Source: Sphaerodactylus townsendi (Eukaryota). From it: a DNA stretch of 64,000 nucleotides. A program made the position numbers and the translations under genes. Location: NCBI RefSeq assembly GCF_021028975.2, contig NC_059440.1, positions 15,624,001 through 15,688,000 on the forward strand, in the 5' to 3' direction. Below the pieces are notes generated by a model. That model saw only the letters and a program-made list of their open reading frames with translations. It had not been told where the DNA came from and searched no databases. Of this stretch, positions 11,735 through 23,760 are shown in pieces; position 1 is the stretch's first letter; each line of letters begins with the position of its first letter.

Positions 11735-12751
11735 CAGGTGCTCACAATGAACCATGTTTTCTGAGGACCATTTCCATAACTCTTCTTTCCTGCCACGATT
11801 GTCTATCAGGCTGGGCATAGTGTAGTTTGGAAGAAAGTAATAGCTCTCCCGGTCTTGCCAGGATACAACCCTGCTCACCAAGGATAATACAACTGATGGC
11901 TAGTTACACTTCTTTGTAAGAACTCTGACAAGTAGCAGATGGGCAAATTAAAGCATTGAATTGTTGTAATAAGCTGACTGCCTGTTAATGAGAAGAGACG
12001 TTTTCCATAAATGCCACAATAAGGCCTCACAGTAGGAGGAATGGCTTGCACGGGAAAACCTTGCTGATACGGACATTTTGTACTATGTAGGGATGGAAAA
12101 TGAGATATTGTAGATGAGTTCTGTGAAGAGAGGCTGATTTTTGTACTGCCCTCTGAAGAAACAGATGCCCAGGACATGGGGGAGCTGCAACCACTGACAT
12201 CATTAGCCTCCTCTTCAACCATGGGAAATCTTCTGGCTGCTGGTCATGTGACAAAAGGGGATGGGGGCAGCCTTTCGATCCATTTTCACAGTGGTTTCTT
12301 CTGTGCCAATTGGACCTAAGGGGAAAAAGAGGGGCCCTGGGAGCTGCAAACTGCAATGTTAAATTTGTAAATACAATTTTTAAGAAAAAAAATGTGAAAA
12401 AAGTTTTAACATGCTGTAGAATAAATTAATTTTATTTACAAAACCAACCAGTAAAAGACATGGAAAGAAAATGACATTCTGGGTTTGTTTGGGTTTTCAT
12501 TTTTTCCCTTCTCTCTCTCTCTCTGAAATAAAAAAACCCAAGCTTTGAACAGGGGGGTGCTGGAGGAATTAATGCTGGGTTGGCCGAGAGGTTCTTTCCC
12601 AGTCTCATCAACTGATATGTAGTTTAGCATTTATTTTATTCTCCCATTATTGCTTTGTACTTCTATGTTGGCGCTAGCAATCTCAAATAACAAAATCTCA
12701 ATGTCCTCAGCAAATGTCAGTTTACGTGATTCTAAGCTAGTGTAAAACCAG

Positions 12752-12892
12752 GGCCCCTTCCGCACATGCAGAATAATGCACTTTCAATCCACTTTCATTG
12801 CACTTTGCAACTGTGCGGAATAGCAAAATCCACTTGCAAACAATTCTGAAAGTGGATTGAAAGTGCATTATTCTGCATGTGCGGAAGGGGCC
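12752..12892. mobile_element. PIF/Harbinger-type MITE
   Basis: TIR GGCCCCTTCCGCACATGCAGAATAATGCACTTTCAATCCACTTTCA; TSD CAG. Confidence 0.85.
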
Positions 12893-12898
12893 CAGGAG

Positions 12899-13310
12899 AA
12901 GCCAGGGTGTGGTAATTAAGAGCGGTGGACTCTAATCTGGAGAACCGGGTTTGAATCCCCACTTTTCCACATGAGCAGCAGATTCTTGTCTGGTGAACTG
13001 GAATTGTTTCCCCACTCCTACACATAATGCCTGCTGGGTGATCTTGGGCTAGTCACAGTTCCCGCTCTACCCACCTCACAAGGGCCCCTTCCACACACAC
13101 AAAATAATGCGTTTTCAAACCACTTTCACAACTGTTTACAAGTAGATTTTGCTATTCCGCACAGCTTCAAAGAGCACTGAAAGCAGTTTGAAAGTGCATT
13201 ATTTTGCATGTGCAGAATGAGCCAAGATATCTGTTGTAGGGAGAGGAAGGGAAGGAGTGTATAACCCACTTCAAGAATTCTTACAGTTGATAAAAGCAAA
13301 GTATAAATCC
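12899..13310 (+). mobile_element. tRNA-derived SINE (Squam3-like) split by a MITE
   Basis: Box A/B-like head tggtaattaag..ggtttgaatccc; tail gtataaatcc. Confidence 0.8.
13083..13223. mobile_element. PIF/Harbinger-type MITE nested in a SINE
   Basis: TSD AAG; interrupts the SINE at 12899-13310. Confidence 0.85.
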
Positions 13311-15574
13311 TAACTTTTCTGAATGTAAGCACGGACATTACTCTTGCCAGCTATGTACATTTACATGAAGTGTGAGGCAATGGTATCTCTATGATATGGC
13401 ACCTCTGGTTATGATATAGTCCTTTTAGTAATTACTGAAGAAGATCCCAATATTTGAAGTGTTCGGTGTAATGCGGCATTGCACACATTTCTGCCATCTG
13501 TTCTACTGTTGGGCATCTCTGTTTGATACATCACATAGTTAAAATCAGTGAGCCAGAATATATGATATTAAGCTGCAATATTTATATGAAATGTGTGTAT
13601 TTTTCACTTCCCATGACATTCTGCTGGCCAGCACTATTCTGCTACAAAGGCACTCAAGGACGACCTCAGAGACGAATGAAAATAACCCATTTAAACCCAA
13701 ATTCAAATAAAAGCATCAGCAACAAACAAACAGAAAGCTCCAATCGCATCACAAAACAATCGATGTAAAGGCAAAAAATGTCTGACAGTAAAAACCCAGT
13801 TAAAAAATGGAAGAAAAAATCCAGAACCTGCTAACCAACCCCCACGGTACCTGCAATGCTTAGACATTCATTTCTATCAATACTGTGTAGCACGGTTTGC
13901 CATTTATCAGTTGGATTCTTTTCTATTTTTATGGGCAGATTCTAAGCAAAAAGAAAGGGAAGTCTGAGGGTGTACCTGCATTTTGATTAATTATATTCTG
14001 CCGAGCCTTTTTTATAGTCTGGCACAGAAAAGAGTCAAAATTATCCTTTATTATACTCTCTAGCTGGATATTGTTTCCCCAAAGCATCGAGCTGATTTAT
14101 TAACCACAGGTCCATGAAACATCCATAAGGTCTCTTTTTATTGTTATTGCATCGTTCATCAACGTGCATGATTGTGCTCAGAAGTAATGCTTGCAGAATC
14201 CTGTTACACACTGGAATGGCAAAGGGCGGATTCATTCCTACATCCCGCTTGTGTTCACGAAGGAGCCCAGAAATACAACTGACGAAACTCGTTCATCCTG
14301 GAGTCTTTTGGCCCTCCTGGGTAGAAAAAGGCCTTGCTGTCTGAGTTGGGGATCGCCTCTCCTTCTGAGAGGACTGGGAAGCTATTTTTTACACCAAAAA
14401 GGTATGAGATCTTGCAGAAAATATCTACTAACAGTCCATGTTGGGTGGAAGTAGTGTAATATTGACAAAAAAAAGATTAAATGGATGTTCATCTGATGCA
14501 AAGAATGAACATTCTAAAAGACTCGCGGTTGTACATTTCAACCTCCCTGGTCATTCCAACAGAGTCTGCCTACTAGCCTTCCTCAGCTTGTAGCCATTCA
14601 GGTGGGTGTCTGGCCCACAGACTGGGAGACCAGAAAAAATACTGAAAGTTGGTGGGCAATGAGAGAGAAATGTGGGAAGGGACAGGATTTCCCTTCTCTT
14701 TCGCACATGGTTCATTTTCATTTGTAAAATATAGATCTCAATTCAGATATAAGGACCCTCGGTTCAGATATAAGCACGTGGACACATTTATCTGCATTCC
14801 CTCATAATATCTAGTAAGCCCCTAATAGTTATTTTCATTACCCTTGAAAAGAATGAACACCATTCTGCAAAACTCGCTGATCAAGGCAAGGGACTTACTA
14901 GCATTTAAAGATGGTCAAATGCCCCCCTGCCCTACTTCAGATGCAAATATACAGGTGTACATAAGTCCCCCCCCTCCCCATTGCATCTACTTCAACCCCA
15001 CAGTTTTAGGAACTGGTTAAACATTCAGAACTTTGACATTTACAGATCCTGTTGAATTTTTTTTAAAGGGCTGTTCGGTTCCCGCTCTGTTTTTAACATG
15101 GAAAATGAAAGAAGGACTTGGGTCAAAAAAGAAACCCCAGTAAAAATCTTGGAGTTATAGGATCCACAATGACTGTGTAGTGTTGATTATGAACGCTATT
15201 TAAAAATACATAGTTAAATTAATATTTGCTATAAAGCTACCAAGAGACAAGAGAAATACAAGGCAGGCTGGCCCTTAAATACAAATGGAAATCCATCTGT
15301 GAACAGGAAATTAATTTGGCCACTGTGCTTTTCTTATGCCCAGGGCGCAATGTTCAAGGGCGAGCAGATCATGCATTTCTACAAACCGCTTAGTGCTTTT
15401 TCGGTATATTGCCAGACCGGCACGATCCAGTCAAAGCTAAAGCAACTTTGACTCATGGGATATTTCAAGGGGCAGAAGGAAGCCTGCGTGTTTAAAAAAA
15501 TATCCCACTAAAAAACAAGGGCTGAATGAATAGGTCCATTGCGCTCTCAGGTGTGGTTAACTGACCACGTATTA

Positions 15575-17757
15575 CAGGGGCGTAAGGAAGCAAACTGGAG
15601 CCCTGGGCAAAACCTGAGTTGGATGCACCCCCACGGCGGCCACCCCACCACGACCCAAAAAAACTTTTTTTGCACCAGGTCATTGGTGCCTTTAGCGCCC
15701 CCTCCCCCTTGGCCTGGCTCCCCCGGGGCCCCCCTACCGCCCCACCCCCGCCCGTCCTGATCGGGTGCCGCAGCTGAGGAAAATCTGCCCCACAGTGCTC
15801 TGGAGAGCCCCCCCAGTCCCTCCCCTGGACCACGCCATGCTGACGGCCGCCTTCGCACGAGACCGCACGTGGATGTTGGGGGGGGGGGGGGTCCGCTATC
15901 TTCCCGAGCCTCTTGGAGCTTGGCAGCCCGTTTGGACAATGGCGCCGACGAGGCCCCACGTCGAGGTTGTGGCGTGTTCGAGCCTCTTTGGGCAGGGGAG
16001 CTGCTGAGGGTTCTGCTGCTGCTGCCCTCCAGTGGCCAAAGATGTGAATTACAAGCGCACCCCCCTCGACCACGCGGCATTTCTCAGGTTATAGTTGCTA
16101 TAATGTGGCGTGTCCGAGCCTCTTTGGGCAGCGGAGCCGCTGGGGATGCTGTTGCTGCTCTCCAGTGGCCAAAGGTGTGAATTACAAGCGCACCCCCGCA
16201 CCCCCACCACGCGGCATTTCTCAGGTTATAGTTGCTATAATGTGCTTCTTGGGCAGGATCGCGCTAACGCTGCCGGAGAGCGTTGTAACTCCGCTCGAAA
16301 TCGTGGTAACGCTGCCAGAGAGCGTTGTAACTCCGCCCGAAATAGTGGTAACGCTCTCCGAGAGAGTGCTAACTCTGTGGCTAGCACGCTTCATGCGTTA
16401 TTACGATCTTGCGGAGGCGTTACAACGTTTCTTGCGGAGTTACAACGCTTTCCGGCAGCGTTAGGGTGATCTCGGGGAGCCCTCCCCAGCAGCTCCTCTG
16501 CCCAAGAAGCACATTATAGCAACTATAGCCTGAGAAATGCCGCGTGGTGGGGGTCCCGGGGTGCGCTTGTAATTCACACCTTTGGCCACTGGAGAGCAGC
16601 AGCAGCATCATCCCCAGCGGCTCCCCTGCCCAAAGAGGCTCGGACACGCCACAACCTCGACGTGGGGCCTCGTGCGAAGGTGGCGCCCCCTTAGGAGAGG
16701 CTCTGGGCTCCATTGTCCAAACGGGCTGCCAAGCTCCAAGAGGCTTGGGAAGATAGCGGAATCCCGCCATAACATCCACGTGCGGTCTCGTGCGAAGGCG
16801 GCGGGCAGCGTGGCGTGGTCCAGGGGAGGGACGGGGCGGGGTGGGGGGGCTCTCCCGAGCACTGTGGGGCAGATTCTCCTCAGCTGCGGCACCCGATCAG
16901 GGCGGGGGGGGAGGGGGGTCCCGGGGGAGCCAGGCCAAGGGGGGGGGGCGTTTGAAGCCAATGACGGGAACCCCTCCCTCCCCGTCGGCTCCTGGGTGAT
17001 GAGTCCCGAGAGAGAGCGCCGATTGGGCCGCCGACTTTCCTCTTTCCGCTTGATTGGCCGGCGGGGCAGTAAAGGCGGAAGCGTCCAGGGGGTCCCGGCG
17101 GGGAGAAGGGGGCCCTCCTGCAGGGTCGTCGTCGTTGGGTGGACTCTGGCTGCCCTCCCTCTCTCCCTCGCTGGCCCTGATGGACGGGGAGGGGCTGTCA
17201 GCGGCGGGGGCCTAACGAGGCAAACTGGAGCCCTGGGCAAAACCTGAGTTGGGTCTCCCCCCCCCCCCCCCCCAGGGCGGCCACCCCACCGGGACCAAAA
17301 CACATTTTTTTGCACCAGGTCATTGGGGCCTGCAGGGGGTGCATTTTAAACCGTATTGGCACCAAAATTTCAGCGTATCATCAGGAGACTGTCCTGACGC
17401 TACCCCTCAAGTTTGGTGCAGTTTGGTTCAGAGGGGCCAAAGTTATGGACCATCAAGAGGGTAGCCCCCATCTCCTTAGCTCCCATTGGAAAGCATGGGG
17501 GATGGGTCACCCCCTTTGAGGGTCCATAACTTTGGCCCCCCTGACCCAAACTGCACCAAACCTGGGAGGAATCATCAGGACAATCTCTTGATGATACTCT
17601 GAAATTTTGGTGCCGATATGTCCAAAAATGCACCCCTGCAGGCCAAAATGAAAAAACAACAAAAAATAAAAACAGATTGCTCACATGCCCCCACGGGACT
17701 CAAAATTCCGATGCCCTGGGGAATGGCCCAAACTGCCAAATGGATGTTACGCCCCTG
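15575..17757. mobile_element. 2.18 kb GC-rich non-autonomous hAT-type element with nested palindromes
   Basis: 11 bp TIR CAGGGGCGTAA/TTACGCCCCTG; perfect 8 bp TSD ACGTATTA at 15567-15574 and 17758-17765. Confidence 0.9.
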
Positions 17758-18088
17758 ACGTATTATTTGACCACAGTGGAAGATTCCGCAAAGGCCAAAG
17801 CGCCTCTGTGGGGGCAACTGAAAGACTGAGGTAATTTGTTTGTTTTCCAGCTTTGCAGCTGCTTAACACTTCTGCTATTCGCCCACTTCTATAATTGCAA
17901 GCATCTCTAAACAAGAAGTCGATTCAAAAGTACCGCCTCGACACATGGAGGTTCAATTCTGTTGATCATTCTTCATGACTTTGTTCAATCAGTCCTCCTT
18001 TTAAAACTATTCTAAGGTAGCAGCATCTTGGGCTATCTGTGATTTGTTTGAAGCAGTACTACCTGTTCTACTTCAACAGGTACCACAG

Positions 18089-18390
18089 AGCCAGCGTGGT
18101 GTAGTGGTTAAGAGCAGGTGCACTCTAAACTAGGTTTGATTCTCTGCTCTGCCACTTGAGCTATGGAGGCTTATCTGGGGAACCAGATTAGCTTGTGTAC
18201 TCCAACACATGCCAGCTGAGTGACCTTGGGCTAGTCACCGTTCTTCAGCACTCTCTCAGACCCATCCACCCCTCAGGGTGTTTGTTGTGGGGGGGGGCAG
18301 GGGCAGAAAAGGAAAGGAGATTGTAAGCCCCTTTGAATCTCCCTACAGGGGAGAAAGGGGGGATATAAATCCAAACTCCTACTCTTCTTC
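18089..18390 (+). mobile_element. tRNA-derived SINE (Squam3-like)
   Basis: agccagcgtggtgtagtggttaagagc head; (CTT)n tail. Confidence 0.85.
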
Positions 18391-18424
18391 TATCAATTTT
18401 CTGTCACTTTGGCTGGATTTCTCT

Positions 18425-18641
18425 AGGGCTGCTAACTCTGAGTTGGAAAATTCCTAGAGATTTGGGAATTGGAGTCCATGGCAGTTGGAATTTGAGAAAA
18501 GGAAAGACCCCAGCAGGGCATAATGTCATAGATTCCACCCTCCAAAACAGCCCTTTCCTGCAGAGGAACTCTCTCTGTCGCTTGGAGATTAGTTGTTATT
18601 CCAGGCGATCTCTATGTCTCATCTGGAAGCTGACAATCCTA
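18425..18641. mobile_element. Degenerate hAT-Blackjack-like MITE (TAGGGTTGCCA-type ends)
   Basis: tagggctgctaac..gctgacaatccta; related fragments near 20113, 22163 and 55030-55185. Confidence 0.5.
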
Positions 18642-18995
18642 TGGAGAGCAAGTTCTCTCTAGCCAGTGACTTTCACTAATTGGAACATTCTCAGAGGGTC
18701 TCTCGTAAGGCTGAGAGCAGGGAAGAAAAATGTTCTTATGTTACCAAAGATAGAAATTGATTTTAAGTGTGCTTGAACCCTTGCTCCTTGTTTTAGTATT
18801 TTAGTGGGTTCTCATGAACGTATCACCTTGGAATAAGAAACTCCGTCTAATTGTTTCCTGCCCAGGAATGTGGCAGTTTGACACTGATAGGGTCTGAAAA
18901 TGCAGGCCAGCTGTAATATGCAGGCCCCTCTTTTTAAAAGAGAAATGATAAACCCAATTCAATATTCAGAAAACATTGTGGAAATGTATGCTACA

Positions 18996-19013
18996 AGCGC
19001 CCTCTGATGGACA
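18996..19013 (-). promoter_or_regulatory. Candidate CTCF site
   Basis: The - strand reads TGTCCATCAGAGGGCGCT, close to the CTCF core consensus, with TGCAAT about 9 bp upstream. Confidence 0.6.
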
Positions 19014-19263
19014 AATATAAAATTGCAAAGCTTGCACACAAGAAAAAATAACCCAAAACCTTTCCAGATGTTCATCAGAACTCTACGGCAGAATGGCTTC
19101 AATTTAAAAACAAGATCATTCTTGGATTACAAAGTAGCTTAATTAGGTTCACCCACTGATTCTTTTTTAAAAATATGTAATGCCTTTTGCTCAAACCAAC
19201 CAAAATATCATAAAATTGTTCAGCTCCAATGTTAAAGTTTGGCCTTAAAAGACTCTTCTAGAG

Positions 19264-19675
19264 CAGGGGTAGGGAACCTTTAACACTCAAAGAACCATTT
19301 GGACCCGTTTTCCATGGGAAAAGAAAACACTTGGAGCCGCAAATAATTTTTGACATTTAAAATAAAAATAATACTATATATATAGGGGGTTTTTTTACCT
19401 TTTACTCCGCTCATTCTGAGAAGCGCATGGATGCGCCCACCCTGCTGCCTGCAGGGCAGGCAAGGATGAAGCCAGCGACTCGGCCTCGCTGGCCGCTGAG
19501 AAAATGCCTGCCCCGCTCCAATGGGGCGGGTGAGAGGGGAAGCCCGCGGCGCAGCCCAGCCGACTGTGGGCAGTTGGTGCGGGCAAGGATGGGGCTGGTA
19601 GCTCAGCTCGTGGAGCCACAGTGCAAGGGCAGAAGAGCCGCATGCGGCTCTCGAGCCGCAGGTTCCCTACCCCTG
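19264..19675. mobile_element. Non-autonomous hAT (Charlie-like), 412 bp
   Basis: TIR CAGGGGTAGGGAACCT; perfect TSD TTCTAGAG. Confidence 0.9.
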
Positions 19676-19889
19676 TTCTAGAGTTTACCATACTAGGCTA
19701 AAAGCAGCAGGATTTGGGGGGTTTTGTGGGTGGATAATGTCAGGGTTCAATTAAAACACAACTCCGGCTCCCCCTTTTTTGAGAGCTGCCGTTTTGGTGA
19801 ACATCTGAATATGCACACATGCAAGTGCTTCTTTTAGAATCAAGCTATATGTCTGAAGTCCTAATAATGGAACTTCAACATCACACGTA

Positions 19890-20084
19890 GTGCAGAATAA
19901 TGCACCTTTAATCCATTTTCGATGCACTTTGTAGCTGGAATTTACTGCGTGGAATAGCAAAATCCACTTGCAAACAACTGTGAAAGTGGATTGAAAGTGG
20001 ATTACAGAGCCCTTCGAGGATTGGGTGGGATATAAATCCAATAAATAAAATAAAGTGCATTATTCTGCATGCGAGGAAAGGGCC
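19890..20084. mobile_element. Degenerate Harbinger-type MITE interrupted by an L2-type 3' tail
   Basis: Family sequence split by gagcccttcgaggattgggtgggatataaatccaataaataaa. Confidence 0.65.
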
Positions 20085-20166
20085 TCTGTAAAGCATCATG
20101 TGCATCAATTACAGTTGCCAAATAGGGGCTGAGAAATTCCCGGAGATTTGGAGGGGGAGCCTGGTG

Positions 20167-20169
<3 letters not shown>

Positions 20170-20249
<80 letters not shown>
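20170..20249. repeat. (TAT)n microsatellite
   Basis: Seen directly. Confidence 0.98.
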
Positions 20250-20251
<2 letters not shown>

Positions 20252-20906
20252 TGTATTTATAAACTGCCCTCCCCCGAAGGGCTCAGGGCGGCGAACAGAA
20301 CAAACAAATAGAGCACAAATAAAATCAAAGTTAAATATAGCTCTATATGCTAAAATTAACCCCATTAAAATGCAGCATCCTAATATCAAAATTAACGATG
20401 GCGACCTACTAGCAATCCCCTAAAAAGAAAAAGGGGAGGAGAAGGGAGGGGGGGAACGGCAGGGTTCACAGATGTTATAAGAGAGGAGAGAGGAGGGGGT
20501 GGGGTTGAGGATGGGAGGAAGCTCAACAAAGTATGACGCCATGGAGCTCAAGGAAGCCAAACTCTGCAGGGGAACTCTGTGTAGTCTGAAGATCCCGAGT
20601 AATTTCATGGGATCTCCTGGCTCCATCAAGAGGACGGCCACCAGAACACGAGTCTGACCTATTTTATCTCAATAGTTGTATTTTGCTTGTCTCAGAGAAT
20701 GCCCTTAGTCACTGTTAGCTGCACAGGTGCCTGTGTAACCTATTTATCCTTGGCCACATCAATCTCCATTGGAGACCTAGGAAATAATATATGACAGCAC
20801 CCTGTGGCTTAACAAACAAATATGAAATTGCTTGAACAAATCAACAAACCTTTAATCTTTAACACAACTTTCTATCATTTAAGGATAAATAATAGTGAAC
20901 ATATAG

Positions 20907-21318
20907 CAGCGATGGCGAACCTTTTCGAGACCAAGTGCCCAAATTGCAACCCAAAACCCAATTATTTATCGCAAAGTGCCAACACGGCAATTTAACCTGG
21001 ATGCTGAGGTTTTAGTTTAGAAAAAATGGTTGGCTCCGAGGCACGCGTCACTCAGGAGAAAGCTTGGTGAAGCAATCGTGCAACGCTTCAAATGGGTGAA
21101 TCACAATCCTAAAAGAGTTTACTGAGAAGCAAGCCGCATTGCCAGTAACTGTGCTTACTCCCAGGTAAAGGATCATGCCCAGGCCAGCCTAGATGTGTGT
21201 GTGTGTGGGGGGGTGATTTTCCACTCCCCTCCCACATGATGAACTCTGTGCGTGAGTGCCCACAGAGAGGACTCTGAGTGCCACCTCTGGCACCCATGCC
21301 ATAGGTTCGCCACCACTG
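20907..21318. mobile_element. Non-autonomous hAT (Charlie-like), 412 bp
   Basis: TIR CAGYGRTGGCGAACCT; perfect TSD ACATATAG. Confidence 0.9.
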
Positions 21319-22325
21319 ACATATAGTGAACTCAACTGAACAAAATCTTCAGTGCTTTTAAAGAAAAAACACTCAGAACAGTTGCCACCACTAACAGTGT
21401 CCAATAATGAAAGAATAGCAAGGAAGTCCAAACTATTAATCAAGCAGGGCTTCTTTCTCTCATCTCGCCTTCTGCATCTGATGTAGCAGCTGCAGATCTT
21501 TCTTCAGTTTGGTCCTGTAAAAAAATAAGTAATTCCCTCAATTGAGCTGTAGGCCTTCCTTCTACTGCAGGCCAGATCAACTGAGGAGGGTTACATAATT
21601 AACAACCAACCTAATACACCCTTCCATTACATTGGGAACATTCTAATATATTTTTCTTTCTTATTGGGCCCAACACATACCTGTAAAAAAAATAAGTAAT
21701 TCCCTCAATTGAGCTGTAGGCCTTCCCTCTACTGCAGGCCAGATCAACTGAGGAAGGTGGAGCTCTTGCAGTTAGTAATAAGTAAGCAAGCTTACCAACT
21801 GCACATGCTCAGTGAGTTCTTATCCCCTGGGCCCTAAGATCCAAACAAAACAAAAAGACTAAAATGGCATGGGTCACACCTGCAAGATATTGCAGGGAGG
21901 AGTTCTTCCTAAACCTCAAGTGATAGAAACAGGTAGGTGGACAGTCAACACAGAGATGAAATAGGAAGTTTCATATCACTTTCTTTGTCACTAAGGTGGG
22001 GGAGACATCTGGCAGGAGTGACAGAATTCTGTGGTCTGGATTCCATCTGAAAACCAGCGGGTGCCACCCAGGGAAAGAAACAGCTTTGCACCCAGCAGTG
22101 TGGTCCGTTTTGCAAACAGCTGAGGCTGCACAACCTGTGTATGTGTGTGTGTGTGTTGCAGGTAGAGTTGCCAAACTCTAAGTACAGCCTGAAGACTTCC
22201 CATATTTTCAAATGATCTGCACACGACAGAGACCAGTTGACCTGGAATAATCTTTTAAAATATTTTTATATTTTACATGGTTTATATTTTATGTTTACAT
22301 TTTTAAAGTATTATATGCTGCTGCC

Positions 22326-22625
22326 AACATAAGAACATAAGAACATAAGAACAAGCCAGCTGGATCAGACCAAAGTCCATCTAGTCCAGCTCTCTGCTAT
22401 TCGCAGTGGCCCACCAGGTGCCTTTGGGAGCTCACATGTAGGATGTGAACACAATGGCCTTCTGCGGCTGTTGCTCCCGATCACCTGGTCTGTTAAGGCA
22501 TTTGCAATCTCAGATCAAGGAGGATCAAGATTGGTAGCCATAAATCGACTTCTCCTCCATAAATCTGTCCAAGCCCCTTTTAAAGCTATCCAGGTTAGTG
22601 GCCATCACCACCTCCTGTGGCAGCA
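22326..22625 (-). mobile_element. CR1 LINE 3' fragment
   Basis: (aagaacat)n tail followed by gctggatcagaccaaagtccatctagtccagc; same family as 7545. Confidence 0.75.
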
Positions 22626-23429
22626 TATTAATGCTCTTGCTGACATGGATAGGGATAATTTTAATTGTTATTTATTTATTTATTAGCACTTGTTATACAG
22701 ATTCGATGCTTGAGATATATTGGGATTTTGCAACTGTCTGTCACAATTATAAAAGGGCTAACTGTTTGTATGTAAACGAGTTGCTGAAGTCACTGTTTAT
22801 GACCTGATTTATTGATTAGCCATTGCTTACGTGTTAGCGAGCACGTAACTCTGAAGTTGTAAAGTTAACTGTTTCTTTCTTTGCGCAGACACCACACTAC
22901 CACCACGACCATGAGCACGAGACAGCAGATAGGTACGGTATCAAGATGTAACCAAACATAGTACATGTGTAGTGTAGATAGTGTTGATCTGTAACAGGAA
23001 AGAAAGGATTTCTTATTTTATCTCCATGTAACCCTCCCTTCATAGTTTACATATATAAAAACCAACTGAGAATCTGTCTCTTCTGTTCTACTCTGCTAAT
23101 ATATATACACCCAATAAGATAACGAAGAAAGCCAATAGTGAGGAGGGAATTATGGGAAACGTACAATATATCAGAATATATCTTGGGCAATGTGATTATT
23201 GCTACTATTCCCAATGGCTTAAAACAGAAACATATACACAGAGAAGAAGGCTGCAAGTGCTCTATTAATGTGTAATAAAGTTTGTATGCATAAAACACAC
23301 AAACATTTACATATATACTAATTCCTATATTGCACTACTTATTTTATATTTTTGGTGATTTGGTATTTCCCGCCCTTATTAATATTACACAGCCCTCATG
23401 AATATTTATATCGCCACAGAAGGGTGGGG

Positions 23430-23760
23430 AGCAGAGGGGGCGGGCCTATGTAGATACCGGCGTTCTATTCCCTTCCGCCCTCGGATGCCTGACCGGCCGT
23501 CGCCCTCGGTGACGTCATCGGTCGGGGCCGCGGCCTTTGCTAGGGAAAAAGAGCAGCCGGGGTAAGGAGGAAGGATGGCAGCCGGTCCGACGCGGCCTCC
23601 CCGGCCTCGGAAGGAGCCGCAGCCGCTGGTCATTCCCCGGAGCGCGGCGGAAGAGCAACGCCTCAAACTGGAGAGGCTGATGAGGAACCCGGTGAGGGGG
23701 CGGGGCGTGTGGTTGGGGGCGGGGCTACCCCATGTGTTCCCCCCAGCCGACTGGGGTGGG
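23430..23760 (+). promoter_or_regulatory. PRKRIP1 CpG-island promoter
   Basis: CpG-rich; GC box near 23436, ETS-like CTTCCG near 23472, perfect CRE TGACGTCA at 23510-23517. Confidence 0.8.
23575..23691 (+). CDS. PRKRIP1: PRKR-interacting protein 1, exon 1
   Basis: [39 protein letters not shown], donor CCG|GTGAGG, inside a CpG island. Confidence 0.96.

Noticed and set aside
16257-16470. Periodic repeats superficially like a CRISPR array
   Set aside because: No unique spacers, eukaryotic context, no cas genes.
15492-17315. Many overlapping 100-235 aa ORFs, including a heptad repeat VVTLPES/VVTPLEI
   Set aside because: Caused by high GC content, the palindrome and 21 bp periodicity inside a TSD-bounded transposon; no recognisable protein or splice context.
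18089-18150. tRNA-like and 5S-like sequences as real RNA genes
   Set aside because: They are decayed SINE heads fused to SINE bodies, with no intact cloverleaf or full 5S gene.
20105-20423. Poly-Leu and poly-Asn ORFs (also the poly-HT/VC ORFs at 437-694 and 42243-42600)
   Set aside because: Microsatellite translations.
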